Shown one piece after another: positions 26,770 through 42,399 of a stretch of DNA of 64,000 nt. Numbering within the stretch: the first letter of the stretch is position 1; every line of letters begins with the position of its first letter. Location of the stretch: NCBI GenBank assembly GCA_951406725.2, contig OX597817.1:7440001-7504000 (forward strand). Reading direction: 5' to 3'. The position numbers and the translations under genes are program-made. The stretch comes from Octopus vulgaris (taxonomy: Eukaryota). The notes below the pieces were generated by a model. The model ran no database searches. It saw nothing but the letters and a program-made list of their open reading frames with translations, and was not told where the DNA came from.

Positions 26770-27800
26770 TTGTTTTCTCATAAATCGATTATACCACCTG
26801 CTTTATTTCCCTCGGAACATAGATCATAGGATGTGACATCGATCTGACTATCTTCTACTATTTTTTTAGATTTTGGTCACTGAAAAATTGCCATTTTTCT
26901 TGCTCTTTGTAATATTTAGACACTAGGACATAACTATACTAATCAGTTTTATTTGCATAACAATGTGTATACTTATTACATGTATTACGGGAGAATTTAA
27001 TTCATTACACACTACACAGTAATTTTTTCAGATGATTCTTCCAGTTCTCGATGGACTACCTTATATTATAGCATATAAAATGCACATCTGTTTACAAAAA
27101 TCTCTCAAACAATAACCCCGTCTTCTATATACGAGGTTTTGCCTCCTATAATCTTTAATGCAATAAAAACTTTTCTTTCCTGAACATACGCTGCTGAATT
27201 GAGCTGCATCAAATACACTCATGCGTCTTATACGGTAGTTGATTCATAAGTGGTTTTCGCAAGCTAAGTAGAATACCGCCAGTGTCCTAGCTTTTATTTC
27301 CAGCCACTTCAATTTGTTTTATAATATTACTCATTTGGTTTCCGTGAACAACAGCAATGTATATATTACACCTCACTTCTTTCTCTCTTACGTATGATGT
27401 TTTAGTGGTATGCTTTTGACATCTTAAATTCTGACATCTTAAATTGACACGTTTCGTTTAAGTTACACTTGATATTGCTTAGCGATATTATTACTTAAAG
27501 GTTTTCACTCAGACTATATTAGTCAGATAACTTCGGAGTTTCTTCACAGCTTTTAACATTAAGTCTTCCAATTATAAATATTAACGTAAATAGGCTTTTA
27601 GAGTGAAAAGTGATATGTTGATGAGTTTTATCAAGGTATTACAGCTTATATGTATATCTTGAAATTATATGTATCATGGAGATATTCATTTGTAGTTTCT
27701 CGTATACTGTTTTTCTTGCATTTTACTATTCAATATTTATCACCAAATGGATTGTTATCTTGATATAAGCGGTAATAACATGTGTTCCCGTATAGTAAGA
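26265..27800 (-). pseudogene. Highly decayed PLE C-terminal region, broken by microsatellites
   Basis: 26265-26445(-) gives YINGSKRCMLCLAE and TSEIFIKCKHRNKFA*, matching the PLE C-terminal CxLCxxEK..SE...CRH motif. Weaker GIY-YIG and linker-like remnants lie at 27200-27800. Confidence 0.55.
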
Positions 27801-27868
27801 TCACCATTATGTATGTGTGTGTGTGTTTATGTATGTGTAAGTGTCTGTGTTTATGTGTGTGTGAACAT

Positions 27869-28026
<158 letters not shown>

Positions 28027-28984
28027 TGATAGATAGATAAAGATATATATGCAGACAGATATTTAATATGTGTATGCATTCATATTATTAGCGATAGAAA
28101 TGGAGAAATCCGGAGATCTGCACTAACGCATTTAATAGCATCATATGTTACCCGAGACGAATGATGTATGGTTTTGACAAGTGACATTCAAATCATATTT
28201 AATACAACATCTTCCTACATATACGATGCGAGAGAATTTTCATGCGTGTAGCAAGCTGTTATATTTTCTGCTGTATACCATGAAGAGAATCTGATTCCAC
28301 ATCTATTATTACATATGATATTCATATTCATTCGCCCTTTGGTAAAAGGTTTTCGGTTAGTCTAACGGGTTTCATGAAATACAACTTCAAATAAACATAG
28401 TTTGTTCTGTCTATGAACATTTTACTTAGTTTTTCAATACAGCGCTTATTGGCCCAAAACCGAACTATCGCAACTTCGACCGAGTAAGATTGGGTTGCTT
28501 AAACTCAAGTATTAGCAATATATATATATATATATAAACACACATAAACACACTCATATATATATATATATTGTTTGCCATGGTTACATAACAAATCTAT
28601 AAACAAGTAGTATTCCCCGCTGTGAGGTGTATTTAAGCCAGCAAACGGGTACAGTCGATACAACGTCAGATGGAATGCCTTGCCGTATTTTTAAGGTTTC
28701 TGAACTCCAGTTCCAATGCAGCTGATGTCAACTTTATCTTTCATCCTTTCGAGTTAGATATGGTTCCAGTTCAAAGTGATAGATTAGCAAATTCTTTAGA
28801 ACATTATCTACTACTATTTCGTGTGCTCTGACAGTAACCTCTGCAATGTCGATGGCAGCAAGTTATATCTGTTTCTACCCTTCCTTTGGACCACAGCGAT
28901 GGTTTAAGGAGAGGAGACTTACATGTATGAGTGATATTTAGTCTTTCATAAAGAAAAAAACTTGCTGCAGCCTGTGCCTTTTAA

Positions 28985-29204
28985 CCCTTTTGTTACTGTA
29001 TTTATTTTGAGATGCTTTGTGCTTCTTTCAATTACTATAAATATAACAAAGAATTTCGTAAAATAACTTGGTTATCATTTAGCTAGTATTAGGAACATAA
29101 ATTGTGACTAAGGCTTGATGGAAGATTTTAATTCAAAACTTTTGAAAACAAGACATCTGTACTTAGAGCCAGAGTCGGTTTCAGCCGGGCTGGTAACGAA
29201 AGGG
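28985..29204. mobile_element. TTAA-type MITE (piggyBac-like)
   Basis: TTAA TSD at 28981-28984 and 29205-29208. TIRs cccttttgttac and gtaacgaaaggg. Confidence 0.8.
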
Positions 29205-29957
29205 TTAAGGGGAACTACCGCGTTCAGATTTACAGTCTCACGAAACATACAGAACCTTAAATGGTAGTTTTGTGATGAACATATATAACCAAGTGGCTAA
29301 AGTATCAGAAAATCATCTGAAGTTGGCATTTGGTATATTCGGTCATTATCCATTAGTTTATTGGTTTCAACTGTAGGCTGCCTATTCATGAATCATAACT
29401 ATGTCCTGTCAGTATGATAAGTACTATCCCTCTCCAACATTATATTATGGGGCCCCCTACTCCAGCCCCTATTCAACGATTCAGCTCAACTAAAATTAAT
29501 TGGATAACAGTATTTATATTAATAACTCACTGATGTCTGCGGCAGCAAGGTAAAAATCAAGAACTGTCTCATTAACATACAATGCCGTGTTCACATTTTT
29601 CTCTGAGTATTGCTTCCAGCAATACATGGTACAATTGCGATCGAATGGGCTAAAATAAGCTTTTACTCCCATTAACAAACATAATTAACTTTATTTATTC
29701 ATTAGTCATAGATTCCAAAATTATTATATTATATATTGATCATTCATTTTTATACTTTTTGAGATCTAGTTATAAGTTATATGTTTTATAAAAATATATA
29801 TTATTTGTTATTTATGTTTATGTCTATCACTGTTTGAGTTGCATAATTGTGGTTTTATCTCTAATTTATATTTTATATATATATATATATATACACACAT
29901 ACACACACACACTCATATACATACACACGCACGCACGCACACACGAACACACACACA

Positions 29958-29992
<35 letters not shown>

Positions 29993-30008
29993 CATAAATG
30001 AAATAATA

Positions 30009-30258
30009 AATGCGCCCTTTTAAAGCCTAGCCAGGCTCATGGGCCCGGTTTCCCGTTTTCCATGGCGTATGTGTTCCCAAGCTGGACGGGACACCAGTCC
30101 ATCGCAGCGTTACTCATTTTTGCCAGCTGAGTGGACTGGAGCAATGTGAAATGAAGTGTTTTGCTCGAGAACACAACGCGTCGCCCAGTCCAGGTATCGA
30201 AACCACAATCTTACGATCATGATGCTGACACCCTAACCACTAAGCCACTCGCCTCCAC
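30009..30258 (-). mobile_element. tRNA-derived SINE family C (CORE/V-like middle; related pieces at ~620-740, 30530-30650, 38150-38230)
   Basis: Minus strand: gtggaggcgagtggcttagtggttagggtgt..gtttcgatacc..gagcaaaacacttcatttcac..gcgatggactggtgtcccgtccag. Confidence 0.8.
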
Positions 30259-30286
30259 ATATATATAACATACATATATGTAATAC

Positions 30287-30515
30287 GCGGCGAGCTGGCA
30301 GAAACGTTAGCACGCCGGGCGAAATGCGTAGCCGTATTTCGTCTGCCGTTACGTTGTGAGTTCAAATTCCGCCGAGGTCGACTTTGCCTTTCATCCTTTC
30401 GGGGTCGATAAATTAAGTACCAGTTATGCACTGGGGTCGATGGAATCGACTTAATCCCTTTGTCTGTCCTTGTTTGTCCCCTCTGTGTTTAGCCCCTTGT
30501 GGGTAGTAAAGAAAT
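30287..30515 (+). mobile_element. SINE family B monomer with 15-bp TSD
   Basis: TSD atatatgtaatacgc at 30274-30288 and 30516-30530. Confidence 0.92.
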
Positions 30516-32164
30516 ATATATGTAATACGCGTGGCCAAGAGTTTAGGGCGTCGGGTGCATGATCATAAGGTCAAGAATTGAATTACCAGACCGAGCAGCG
30601 TGTTATCTCCCTTACCTAGGCACTTCATTTCATGTTGCTGCAGTTCACTCCTTAGACTTTGGGTACCAGCAGTAATTGAGGTGGTCTTGTACTTTGAGAC
30701 ACTGAATTCTTTAGAAACTAGAATAAGCACCGACGTAATGAAGCTGTAAATGTAAGACAGACTTTAACTTGTTATCTATAGTATGTGGTTATGCATGTTT
30801 ACTTTTATCAAATCGAGGAACCGTGTAGATGTTTACCTCTTTGATTCGTGGAATATAGGCTGGAAATAGTAAATGGCATTATTTAACGCCAACTCTGCTG
30901 TAGCTAAGCAGGTAAATCATCAAAGGCATTCCATCCATGACAATCCCACCTTGCTAGATGTATATAAGACTACACTATTTAATGTGCCTGTTTCATATTT
31001 AAGAGTTTGAAGTGGTGATTTCAATGACTCAGGCTGTCATTTCTAGTGTATCGAGAATCCCTCGTGGCCTCTGATCAGCTCTAATTGAGTAGACTTCTAA
31101 TCAAAGGCATTTTAGGAGTATCTATAACTCCATGAGCTGCTCGTGTGGACATTTCTAACTTAACACAGTAGAGTTGTGAGTTGAAGGAAACTTAGCTGCC
31201 ATTTCTGATACGTCGAGGCCCTCTGATTCATTCGTAGATGTTGTTGTATAAGATGATAGCGTCGAACGATGTAGAATGTAATTAAACAGAGACATATGTC
31301 CGACCGTACACACCATCTCTCACAGAAACATTTCAACGGAGCCAGTCATTAATTTCTCCGGCAGTAATGAAGTCACGTGGTTAGTTTACTGATAATGATT
31401 TATCGGCAGCGTCTGTTTAATTGGAGATCTCCCCACCCCGACTACAAAACAGAAACACACACGCACACGCACACACGCACTCACCCACACAAACACACAC
31501 ACACACACACGCACTCACCCACACAAACACACACACACACATACACACACACACAAACTCACACGCACAAACACACACACACATACATACCGATACCCAT
31601 CTTCCGTTTGAAGATGCAGGTTCAATTCCACTGTGGAATGGGTGTCAGACGTGAGGAGTCTGGTGACGATAATGTTGATGATGACCACAACGACCACCAC
31701 CAACAACAACAACAACAACACCAACACCAACAGCACGATGGTTACGACGATGATGATGATCATTGTCAAGAGGATGAAAGTATATATTATCACTTCATCA
31801 TCATTAGTATCTTCATGACAATAATTGATGATTATATGCACAGAGGTATATGTATATGTATGCGTGCGTCTTGTGTGTGTGTGTGTATGTGTGTTGTTAT
31901 ATGTGTAGATGTGTGTAGCACTGCATGTTTTAGTATACACACGCACTCATGTTCACGCTAACGCACATTCAGACACGTAAGTATTTACGTAGTGAAGCGT
32001 GTGAGTGTATAAGTATATTGATGCGTGAACAAAGAGTGAAAAGAAAGAGGGAGAGAGAGAGAGAAGGTGAGCGACAGGGAAAGAGCGATGGACGAACACT
32101 GAGGGAGAGAGAGAAAATAAACAAGTTTAGGTGCAAGTTTTTCACACAGAAAATATAACGAGAT

Positions 32165-32274
32165 CGATGACGATGCTGATGCTGCTGATAATACTGTTGA
32201 TGCTACTGCTGCTGATGATGATGAGGAGGAGGAGGAGGAGGAGGAGGCTGAGGAGGAGGATGATGATGATGATG

Positions 32275-32332
<58 letters not shown>

Positions 32333-32380
32333 GGATGATGATGCTGAGGATTATGATGATGATAATGATGTTCATGATGG

Positions 32381-32414
<34 letters not shown>

Positions 32415-32512
32415 AATGATGATGATGATGGTGATGATGATGATGATGATGATGATGATGGTGATGATGAGGATGATGATGATGAGGATGATAATGATGT
32501 TCATGATGGTGG

Positions 32513-32549
<37 letters not shown>

Positions 32550-32550
32550 A
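32165..32550. repeat. (GAT/GAG)n microsatellite (also 355-500, 45470-45960, 60204-60545)
   Basis: Seen directly in the sequence. Confidence 0.97.
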
Positions 32551-32756
32551 GTGGTGGTGGTAGGTGTATGTAGTTGTGGCTGTAGTGGTAATAAGGACAA
32601 TGTCGATTAGCACGAAGTGGGTTCGAAGGTTTGGATGGGGAAACTTGACGAGGACAGTGATATCGCTAGAGTGAAACAGCAACAGAGGAAAGTGAGGAAG
32701 CGTAGGATAGTTTTGAAAGCTAAATTAGATATGATAAAAGTAAACAAAAGTATCGT

Positions 32757-33248
<492 letters not shown>

Positions 33249-33255
33249 TCTATAC

Positions 33256-33300
<45 letters not shown>

Positions 33301-33599
33301 AAATAAAAGCAGAAAAGAACATACATACATGTTTGTGTGTGTGTATATTATCTTATTTCTTTCTCTCTCTCTCTCTCACTCTCTCTCTCTTTCTCTCTCT
33401 CTCTATGTATCTATCTATCTACCTACCTATTTATCTATCACTGTATATATTACCTATATATGTATATGTGTGTGTATGTGAGTATATATTTATGTGTGTG
33501 TGTTCTCTTTTGTTTTTAATTATTTAAATTTTTTCCTTTGAGGAAGGAGCTGGTTTCTAGCAAACATACACAATGCTCCATCTTTCACTGTAGATAAGG

Positions 33600-34620
33600 A
33601 AAACATTTTCACATTTTAAAGCGGAGAATAAATCAGGCATATTTTTACACTCCCACATACAGATTGTATCTGTAATCTGCGAGTTAGTTGGTTGATTTTT
33701 TTTTCTGAAAATCCAAGCTTATCTAAATTAACACTGCACTTAGGCATTTACTCCCAAACCCAAATGTACCAATTAGCATTGATATAAATGGGAATTTATT
33801 ATCTGGATATACAAACTGGTAGTTTTGAAGCTGTTGTTCATAATTATCCTTTTTCTCTTTGATTTCCAAAATGATATTCACATCAACAGGACATCTGATC
33901 TCTGTGATGTATATAGAGGGTGTTCCAGAATTAACTATTTCAGTCAAATTAAATTTTTTTCTTAAAACACACTTTTATCTGTATTTATCATGTTTAATGT
34001 GTATTAAAAGTGAATGAATTTTAAATTTTGTTTATAATTTTTTAACTTTTATAATTTTTTTTTTAATAATTTTATCTTCATTCCTACTAGATCCACTGAT
34101 CTGTCTACGACAGCTTTTTTTAAAATTTGGCTGCAACCTCTTTCTCTATCTCCATTCCCAAGAAGGAACAATAGTTTAGCTAAACTTAAATACAGTATTC
34201 AGTTTGCAGCGCAGGAGATAACCCTTAAAATGCTTCGAAACGTGTTTCCCAACGTTAAGTGTAGATTCGTAATTTGCAGGGATACAGACAGCACACGTGT
34301 TGAAAATATTCAAATAATGAAATTTTGACATAAAATTTATAAATCTATTTGTTGTGGTGTTATAATTAAGTAATAAACATCAAATTTTGTTGGATATTTT
34401 TTTTAACTTTACTCGATTTCATTGAAATAGATACTAAATTTTGGGACACCCTGCACTTGCAATAACGCTCAAATTTTATTCTCTGCCATGAATGCACTCT
34501 TCTTATAATAAACGGTACATTTTCCAGATTTTCAGTTTATGTAGAATCGCTTTGAATAAAATGAACGTTTTTCCCTCTATACATCCTGTTTGACGTGATT
34601 TCACTCGGAGCTTTGAAGGC
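33600..34620 (-). pseudogene. REL-endonuclease 3' fragment of a non-LTR retrotransposon, split by a Tc1/mariner insertion
   Basis: ITEIRCPVDVNIILEIKEKKDNYEQ..IGTFG matches the REL motif E/D.xCP.D.N...EKxxKY...iGxxG. Confidence 0.55.
33916..34453 (+). mobile_element. Internally deleted Tc1/mariner element
   Basis: TIRs gagggtgttccagaatt and aattttgggacaccctg, with TA at the left. Transposase C-terminal remnant PTRSTDL..FF..W…LKYSIQ..QEITLKMLRNV..RF.IC...ENI. Confidence 0.7.
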
Positions 34621-35434
34621 TGTATTCGCCTGTCTATTCTGAATCTTCATTATTAAATATATCTATATATAAATTTCAGGCGGAATTTCTTTCCATAAGC
34701 TTTTAGTTATTCGATCACCTAAACAACCAATTATATATTATATAGGCGTATATTCCACAGACTGGCTTGCTCTTTACGTAATTCGGAAGCGGGATACGTG
34801 TGACATATTATGTAAGAAGACTAGACCCTTGAATTACCGACACAATATATTTGATGCATTTCTAGACAGTTTCTGTCTACCTAATTTCATTTACAATGAA
34901 CTGGTTGACCCCAGGGTCTAGAAAAATACGCATGTTCAACCACTTACACATTAATTTCATAAATAGGAATTCAGTTCGTCAAAAGACTGAACGCTCAATA
35001 TTGAGGCCAATGGAAAATGTAACATTAGAACTGTCAATCTTTACAACTGTACTTCGCTGTCTTATTGCCTCGGAGAACAGCGCTATTTAGTTACAGCGTA
35101 ACACGCATAAGAAAAATTAAGCCAAGCAAAAGGAGTTGGGGCCCAGAAGGAGAATTTGATTGATAAGATTAACAGTATAGTTATAAATAATGCGAGTTGA
35201 TAGTTCACAATGTCGTCGTGAACTAATCAATAATAGACATTGATGAATGATGAGTACGTATGGTGCCGTATCTATGCATTTGTGTATACACACACACATA
35301 TATATTTATATATTAATAGAGAGAGAGGTAGATATAGATATAAATATATACATATACATATATGTATGTATAATATATTATATGTATATTTATATGTGCC
35401 TGTACATATATTCAGATATATATATACATATACA

Positions 35435-35484
<50 letters not shown>

Positions 35485-35720
35485 TGTGTGTGTGTGTGTG
35501 TGTGTATACAAGCATGCTTATATAGGTATATAGGTATATGCTTACACGCATAAATAAATGTATAAAGAAAACTTATAATCTACAGGCATATGTATACATA
35601 CGTATCTGCTCACGCAAACACACACGTGGGCGCGTGCGCACACATACATGTGTAAATGTTATATATGTATGTAATTATGAATCGCGATATCTGCGTTCAC
35701 TTTTGTAAACATACACACAA

Positions 35721-35759
<39 letters not shown>

Positions 35760-36255
35760 AATACATACACACATGACTTGCTAGCATATATCTACACACG
35801 TATATGGGTTTATGTAGTACGAATAGCATATAAATAGGCATATAGGTAAGTAAACAGTAATTATAGCGCTGTGATTGACAAGGGAAGTTAATTCTTCCTT
35901 CTCATAGAGGAGAGTGAACAAACATCCTGTTTGGCAGCAAACCTAAAACAGAGCTTTCTTTCTTCATTTTTCTGGGTTCGTTTGTTTGTTTTTTTTTTTT
36001 TTGTCTTTTTTTTTCGTGGACAATTCCAATAAGAAGGCTGAGGTTAATCCTTGTCAGGAGAATATTGTCAGGCCCGAAGGACGAAAAAGAGTAAAAGGTA
36101 AAGAAGTTATAAATAAAACGGAGAAAGAATAATTATTAGAAAGAAAACAAACAGAAGGAAGGAAGGATAGATGGAAATTCAATGTTAGAAAGAAGGTAGG
36201 AAATCATAGAAGAAATGATAAATGGAAAGACAGACAAACAGACAGACAGATAGAT

Positions 36256-36640
36256 GAGTGGCTGTGTGGTAAGTAGCTTGCTAACCAACCACATGCTTCC
36301 GGGTTCAGTCCCACTGCGTGGCACCTTGGGCAAGTGTCTTCTGCTATAGCCTCGGGCCGACCAATGCCTTGTGAGTGGATTTGGTAGACGGAAACTGAAA
36401 GAAGCCTGTCATATATATGTATATATATATGTGTGTGTGTGTTTGTGTTTGTCACCCTAGCATTGCTTGACAACCGATGCTGGTGTGTTTACGTCCCCGT
36501 AACTTAGCGGTTCGACAAAAGAGATCGATAGAATAAGTACTGGGCTACAAAGAATAAGTCCCGGGGTCGATTTGCTCGACTAAAGGCGGTGCTCCAGCAT
36601 GGCCGCAGTCAAATGACTGAAACAAGCAAAAGAGTAAAAA
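36256..36640 (+). mobile_element. SINE family A in (GATA/GACA)n
   Basis: Homologous to 8707-9110. Confidence 0.9.
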
Positions 36641-36667
36641 GAGAGAGAGATAGACAGACAGACAGTC

Positions 36668-36718
<51 letters not shown>

Positions 36719-36719
36719 C

Positions 36720-36785
<66 letters not shown>

Positions 36786-36786
36786 G

Positions 36787-36888
<102 letters not shown>

Positions 36889-37116
36889 TAAAAGACAGGG
36901 ACAGACAAACACAGAAACAGACATTATCATAACTTAATTTCTTACCCACGACAGCATAGCTTTTGACAAAACGATTAGATCCAGGAATGAAACGTCCACG
37001 TGGTCGCTCGACTTTCTAATATTTTAATATCATTTGAAAAAAACTTACCCTGTAATAATGGGAAGACCTGGTGGATAGTACTGTGCGAAAAATTTACGCC
37101 CATGGCGAAAATATAA

Positions 37117-37513
37117 TCTTTATATATAAAAGAGAGGTTGTGTGCTGTCTGTCTCCTACGATTTAGATTCCTAACTACTCCTACATTTTGCGGTGCAGTT
37201 TAACCAAAACCGGGTATCTTATAGTCGTGATTCATATCGAGCCCTTCTGGGAATTAGCGCGCGTCTACGATGAGTCTACGATGAGTCTACGATTTAAAAA
37301 AAAAATTACCATCATATTTTTCCATTTTAATGCATTTTTTCGCTATTATATAAGGGAAGTAACTCTCTAAAAATGTCTACGATGAGTCAACGTAAACCAT
37401 ATTTTTTTTCATTTTTGATGCATTTTTTAAATATTTTTTGGCTATAACTCTCTAAAAATGCTTATATAGTTATTTCCCTTACAAACCCGAGCAACGCCGG
37501 GCGATACTGCTAG
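37117..37513 (+). mobile_element. Non-autonomous Helitron-like element
   Basis: 5' A|TCTTTATATATAAAAG, 3' GC hairpin cccgagcaacgccggg (37486-37501), then CTAG|T. Confidence 0.8.
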
Positions 37514-38929
37514 TTTATTATAGGTTTGTTGGAACAGGGCTAAGCTAGGTTTTAGACAACTGCGGCAGAAAATTTAACTTACAAACTTAACTTACAAACA
37601 TAAACGACTGCTTGTCTTTTGACTCCGTCTAAAACACAGAGATTGACTCATTATTAATATACCATATTCTTTGTTCCTTCCTCTCTATTGCTTTCGAGTT
37701 TTCCCATTTTATATCATTTGCCCTCTTTCACACAGACACATACACAATGTTACAAACACCAAAATCACACATACCTTCATTCAGTCATATATTCACACGC
37801 ACATGCACACATACACACATACAAATGTACCCGAAAAACACACTTTAATCATTTACAAATGAAAAGGGCTCGTATAATCCGAGTTATACTTTTAAAATTG
37901 CGGTATAAATACAACTCACGCTGTTCTAGTTGTTATAGTACTGGGCTGAAGATTACAATATTGTGGGTTCGCCTATCTTTGTGTTCTGAGCTCAGATTCT
38001 GCTGGGATCAACTTTGCCTTTCATCCTTTTGGGGTGGATAGAATAAGTACCAGTTACGCACTGGGGTCGATGTAATCGACTTAATACTCTTGTCTGTCAT
38101 TGTTTGTCCCCTCTATGCTAAGCCCCCAGTAGGCAATAAAGAAATAAATATTGTGGGTTCGATACTTCGACCGTGTCCGGGCCGTGTGTTGTGTCGTTGT
38201 ATAAAACTGATTATTTCACATTGCCACACCTGCTCGGCTAGCGCTAGTGCCGCCTTCTCTTACCTGAGCAGTCACATTTGTCTAAGTCCCTCTGGAGGAA
38301 ACATCTGGAATGTCTAAATGTGTCCGTAATTAGGTATGCACATAAAACAATTAGCAACAGCGTGTAATAAGCAATTAGGCCACAGTCGACTGTTAATGAG
38401 AGCTAAGGGAGGGAATTTGGGTTTAATCACAATTAGAATTCCTTTAATCATACCCTTAACCAGTCAATGTAGGTCCAGTGCTAAACAACTCTAGCAATCT
38501 AGAATGTGTGCAAATGTGCTTGTGTGTGTGTGTGTGTATGTGTGTGTGTGTACGTGTGTGTGTATCCTGTTGATGTTTAACCCATGTCAGACAGTCAAAT
38601 GTGTGCCAGCTGTTTCCATCCAATATCATATGACTAGAGCTAGGCAACGTAAGCTATGTGTAAGTTACGTTTTCTTAAAGTAGACTGGAATTTGAACATG
38701 ATTTAGCTGTCATTTCTTGCAGATATAACGAAAGTGTAGATGATTGTTGGCTTGACTATGTGTTTGAATGTACCTGCATGTGCGCGCTCCCGAAAATGTG
38801 TGTGTCTACGAACGTACAAATATGTGCGAACGTCTACCTTCTTTTGTCTGTGAGCATGTATCATCCATATATTTTCTATCATATAAAATTGTTTTAAAGG
38901 GAGACAAATGATATAATTTGTTTTCAAAT

Positions 38930-39136
38930 TTTGGCACAAGGTCAGGAATTTCGTGGGGGGCAGGAAATTGATTACATTAACCACAGTGCTCAACTACTGC
39001 TCATTTTATCGAACGGAAGGGATGAAAAGCAAAGTCAACCTCCGCGGTATTTCAATTCAGAACGACATAAAGCCGGACGAAATGCATCTAAGCATTTTTC
39101 CCGGAGTGCTAACGATTCTGCCAGTTCGCCGCCCTA
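38930..39136 (-). mobile_element. Diverged SINE family B copy (partial copies also at 37980-38150 and 43805-43935)
   Basis: Reverse-complement match to the family B head and core. Confidence 0.7.
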
Positions 39137-39514
39137 GGCAAACGATATACTTTAAAATGTATTCTTGTAGGGAATATTATTTTTATTTTGATCGGTAACA
39201 ACTGGTAATATCAAGTCGATCAGTTTACAAAAGCAGAAAGGGTCAAACAGGAACAAGTATAGGGAGTTGTTAATCAATACAGCATCGATATCAAGTTTCA
39301 GTTTCCAATTATTATGCATCCTGCATATTTAGTTCTGATATTGAACACCCTATCGAGTAGACAGCGCTGACAGGATATATCGATCTTTTAAAACAAATAT
39401 ACACCACTTCCACTTCAGAAGATCATGGAAATAAAAACAGGAAAACATTTGAAGAATATGTCACTGTCTTTCATTAGAGTATCGGGATACAAATATACCC
39501 ACACACAAGCAATC

Positions 39515-39554
<40 letters not shown>

Positions 39555-39577
39555 ACGTGTGTGTATGTATGTATATA

Positions 39578-39619
<42 letters not shown>

Positions 39620-39875
39620 GAGAGAGAGAGAGAGGGGGTGGATAGATAGGTATAGATATACATATACATGCTTGTATGTATGTATGTGTGTAAATGTGTG
39701 TGCATGCGTATGTGCGCGCACGCATGTGTAGTAGGAACTCCACACAGTTCTTGGTTAAGTTTCTGCCAGTAGAGCCACGGACCGATCGAAGCATTCTGAG
39801 TGGAAACTGCTTGACGGAAGCATAAGGAAGTCCGTTTATGGGTGTGTATATATATATATATACATATATATATAC

Positions 39876-39915
<40 letters not shown>

Positions 39916-40264
39916 ATTTATGTAAGTATGTATATATGTATGTATGTCATTATTCAGTTTTATTTCAAGATTCCTTGCCAACAGAGGTAGAGCCGGTTTC
40001 TAAACCTTCATGTATGTATGTGCGTGTGTGTGCGTGTGTGAGAGACAGATAGACAGACAGACAGACAGTGTGTGTGTTACCATCAAGTTACCAGTACGTA
40101 ACTTGGTTGTTCGCCAAAAGAGACAGACGGATAGAATAAGTACCAGGGTTTAAAAAAATAAGATTCGTTCCACTAAAATTCTTCAGCTGCATGGCAGAAA
40201 CAAGTAAATGTAACATATATACGCTGGAAAAAGTATATGGTATTTTGCAAGTAGGTTGCGTTTT

Positions 40265-40400
40265 CATCACTAGCAGGTGATTAACACACGCTGAGAACGG
40301 GTAACCACTCAGAAACTCGAGTCCGTGCGTATCACGTAAGGCTAGGGATGGGAGCGATGACCTCCCCTCCTAAATAATTATCGAATATGTGTCGTTAGCC
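40265..40400 (+). mobile_element. Solo pLTR-like repeat with HHR (40287-40327), homologous to 53932-54080
   Basis: cacg-CTGAGAA-cgggt aacc actca-GAAA-ctcgag-TC-cgtg. Shares gtatcacgtaaggctagggatgggagcgatgacctcccctc with 53995-54036. Confidence 0.7.
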
Positions 40401-40749
40401 GGTAATTCATCATAGATATCACATAGTAACACTGAAGATGGAACGAACTGGTGATGAAGAAAACAGTTTAACTAAACAGCCATGGTTAAGCCCATACACG
40501 CTGATCTAAAGAGTTTATATATTTAATATTATCGATTTTTCGATGTATTAAAGTATAACGCTATGTCACATATTGTTGACAATAGAAACAATGTACCTAA
40601 CTTTATCCATTCTTTCGTAGATATATCATGTATTGTAAATATGTACATAATAGTCTAGATGTAACGTATTTGAGTATATATATGTGTGTGTGTCTGTGTA
40701 TGTGCGTGCGTGTGTGTGTATCTAAATATACACATATACGTACATATGC

Positions 40750-40840
<91 letters not shown>

Positions 40841-40895
40841 TATATACACACACATACACATAAATATATCGACATATATTTCGAAAGATATATTT

Positions 40896-40945
<50 letters not shown>

Positions 40946-41399
40946 CTGCACATACGTATACACACATATATATGTATATATATATATATGTGTGTGTAAA
41001 TATATATGTGTGTGTATGAGCGGTGGAGGAATGTTTGTGTGCAAGTGTGGGTACGTGTGTACGCATTTATGTGTCTATGTGTGTATATCACATGAAATGA
41101 TATGTGTTCAACTCCTGGTTCTCCCGTATTTTAGCATTCATATTTTAATCGCAGTCATATGGTAGGTACATATATTCCAGGTAATACTATGATAGGTAAA
41201 TAACAAGCATATCAGATATGTTTAATTGAGAATATCAAATAAGTCTGACTTTCTCCAGCTGTTGATAATCAGAAATATATATCTGCAACGCACACTCTCC
41301 CTTGATGATATCAAAGAGGAATATGCTTGAAGATTGGGGCTGATACCTTTTCCAAGATCGTTATTAAAAATTTATAATTATAATTATATATATATATAA

Positions 41400-41600
41400 A
41401 CTATTCGCCATGTTAGACCGCTGAACGATACAGGGTTTTTTTTTCTTTCCCTCTCTGTTTATTTTCTCTTACTCCTTTCCGTTGAAAAGCGTAGGATCGA
41501 AACGTAAAAGACGTCTTTTTTCCGAGCGTCAAACTAATACACTTCCTTGCTGTTCATACACCTGACTTCGTTTTCTGTTTTTCTATAAATTTCAAGTAGA
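41400..41600 (+). mobile_element. Short HHR-bearing repeat, family H3 (HHR at 41475-41510)
   Basis: cttt CCGTTGA aaagc gtag gatc GAAA cg TA aaag. Homologous to the reverse complement of 56200-56350. Confidence 0.55.
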
Positions 41601-41631
41601 TATATATTTTTTGAATGTATGTATGTCTATG

Positions 41632-41701
<70 letters not shown>

Positions 41702-41799
41702 GGTTGAATCAATGTTTCACAACATATTTAAACATCATATGGTCAAAACGCAGTGGCACACATATACAAATATACATAAGTTTATATGTACAACATGCA

Positions 41800-41862
<63 letters not shown>

Positions 41863-42225
41863 GGGGGTATGTATATGTATGTGTGTATACATATTTATAT
41901 TTATATACATGTATATATATAGCGCGCCCCGATATGAGTGCATCTTTGTATATTTGTATATATGCGAATAGGGATATACTCGCATACATACATATACATG
42001 CATATATACATATATAAATATACATATTCATATATATATATATGCATATGTCAATATATATATCATTAAGTTTGAACAAAACAATAATATTTGATATTTA
42101 ATGATATTTTATAATATATTCATTGAAGAAATATCACTTCAAAATACATTATATTAAACCAGTGTATCTTGGATAAAAATATATCTATGAGATCTAAATA
42201 ATCCTCATAGTGACTACATATATAC

Positions 42226-42283
<58 letters not shown>

Positions 42284-42399
42284 CATATATGAATTGAGAT
42301 AATGACGTACGTTTATATACACAATTATCAAATAATCTTGCATACATATATGTGTTCATCTTTCACACTCGGTTGTGTTTGTGTATGTATTTATATTTA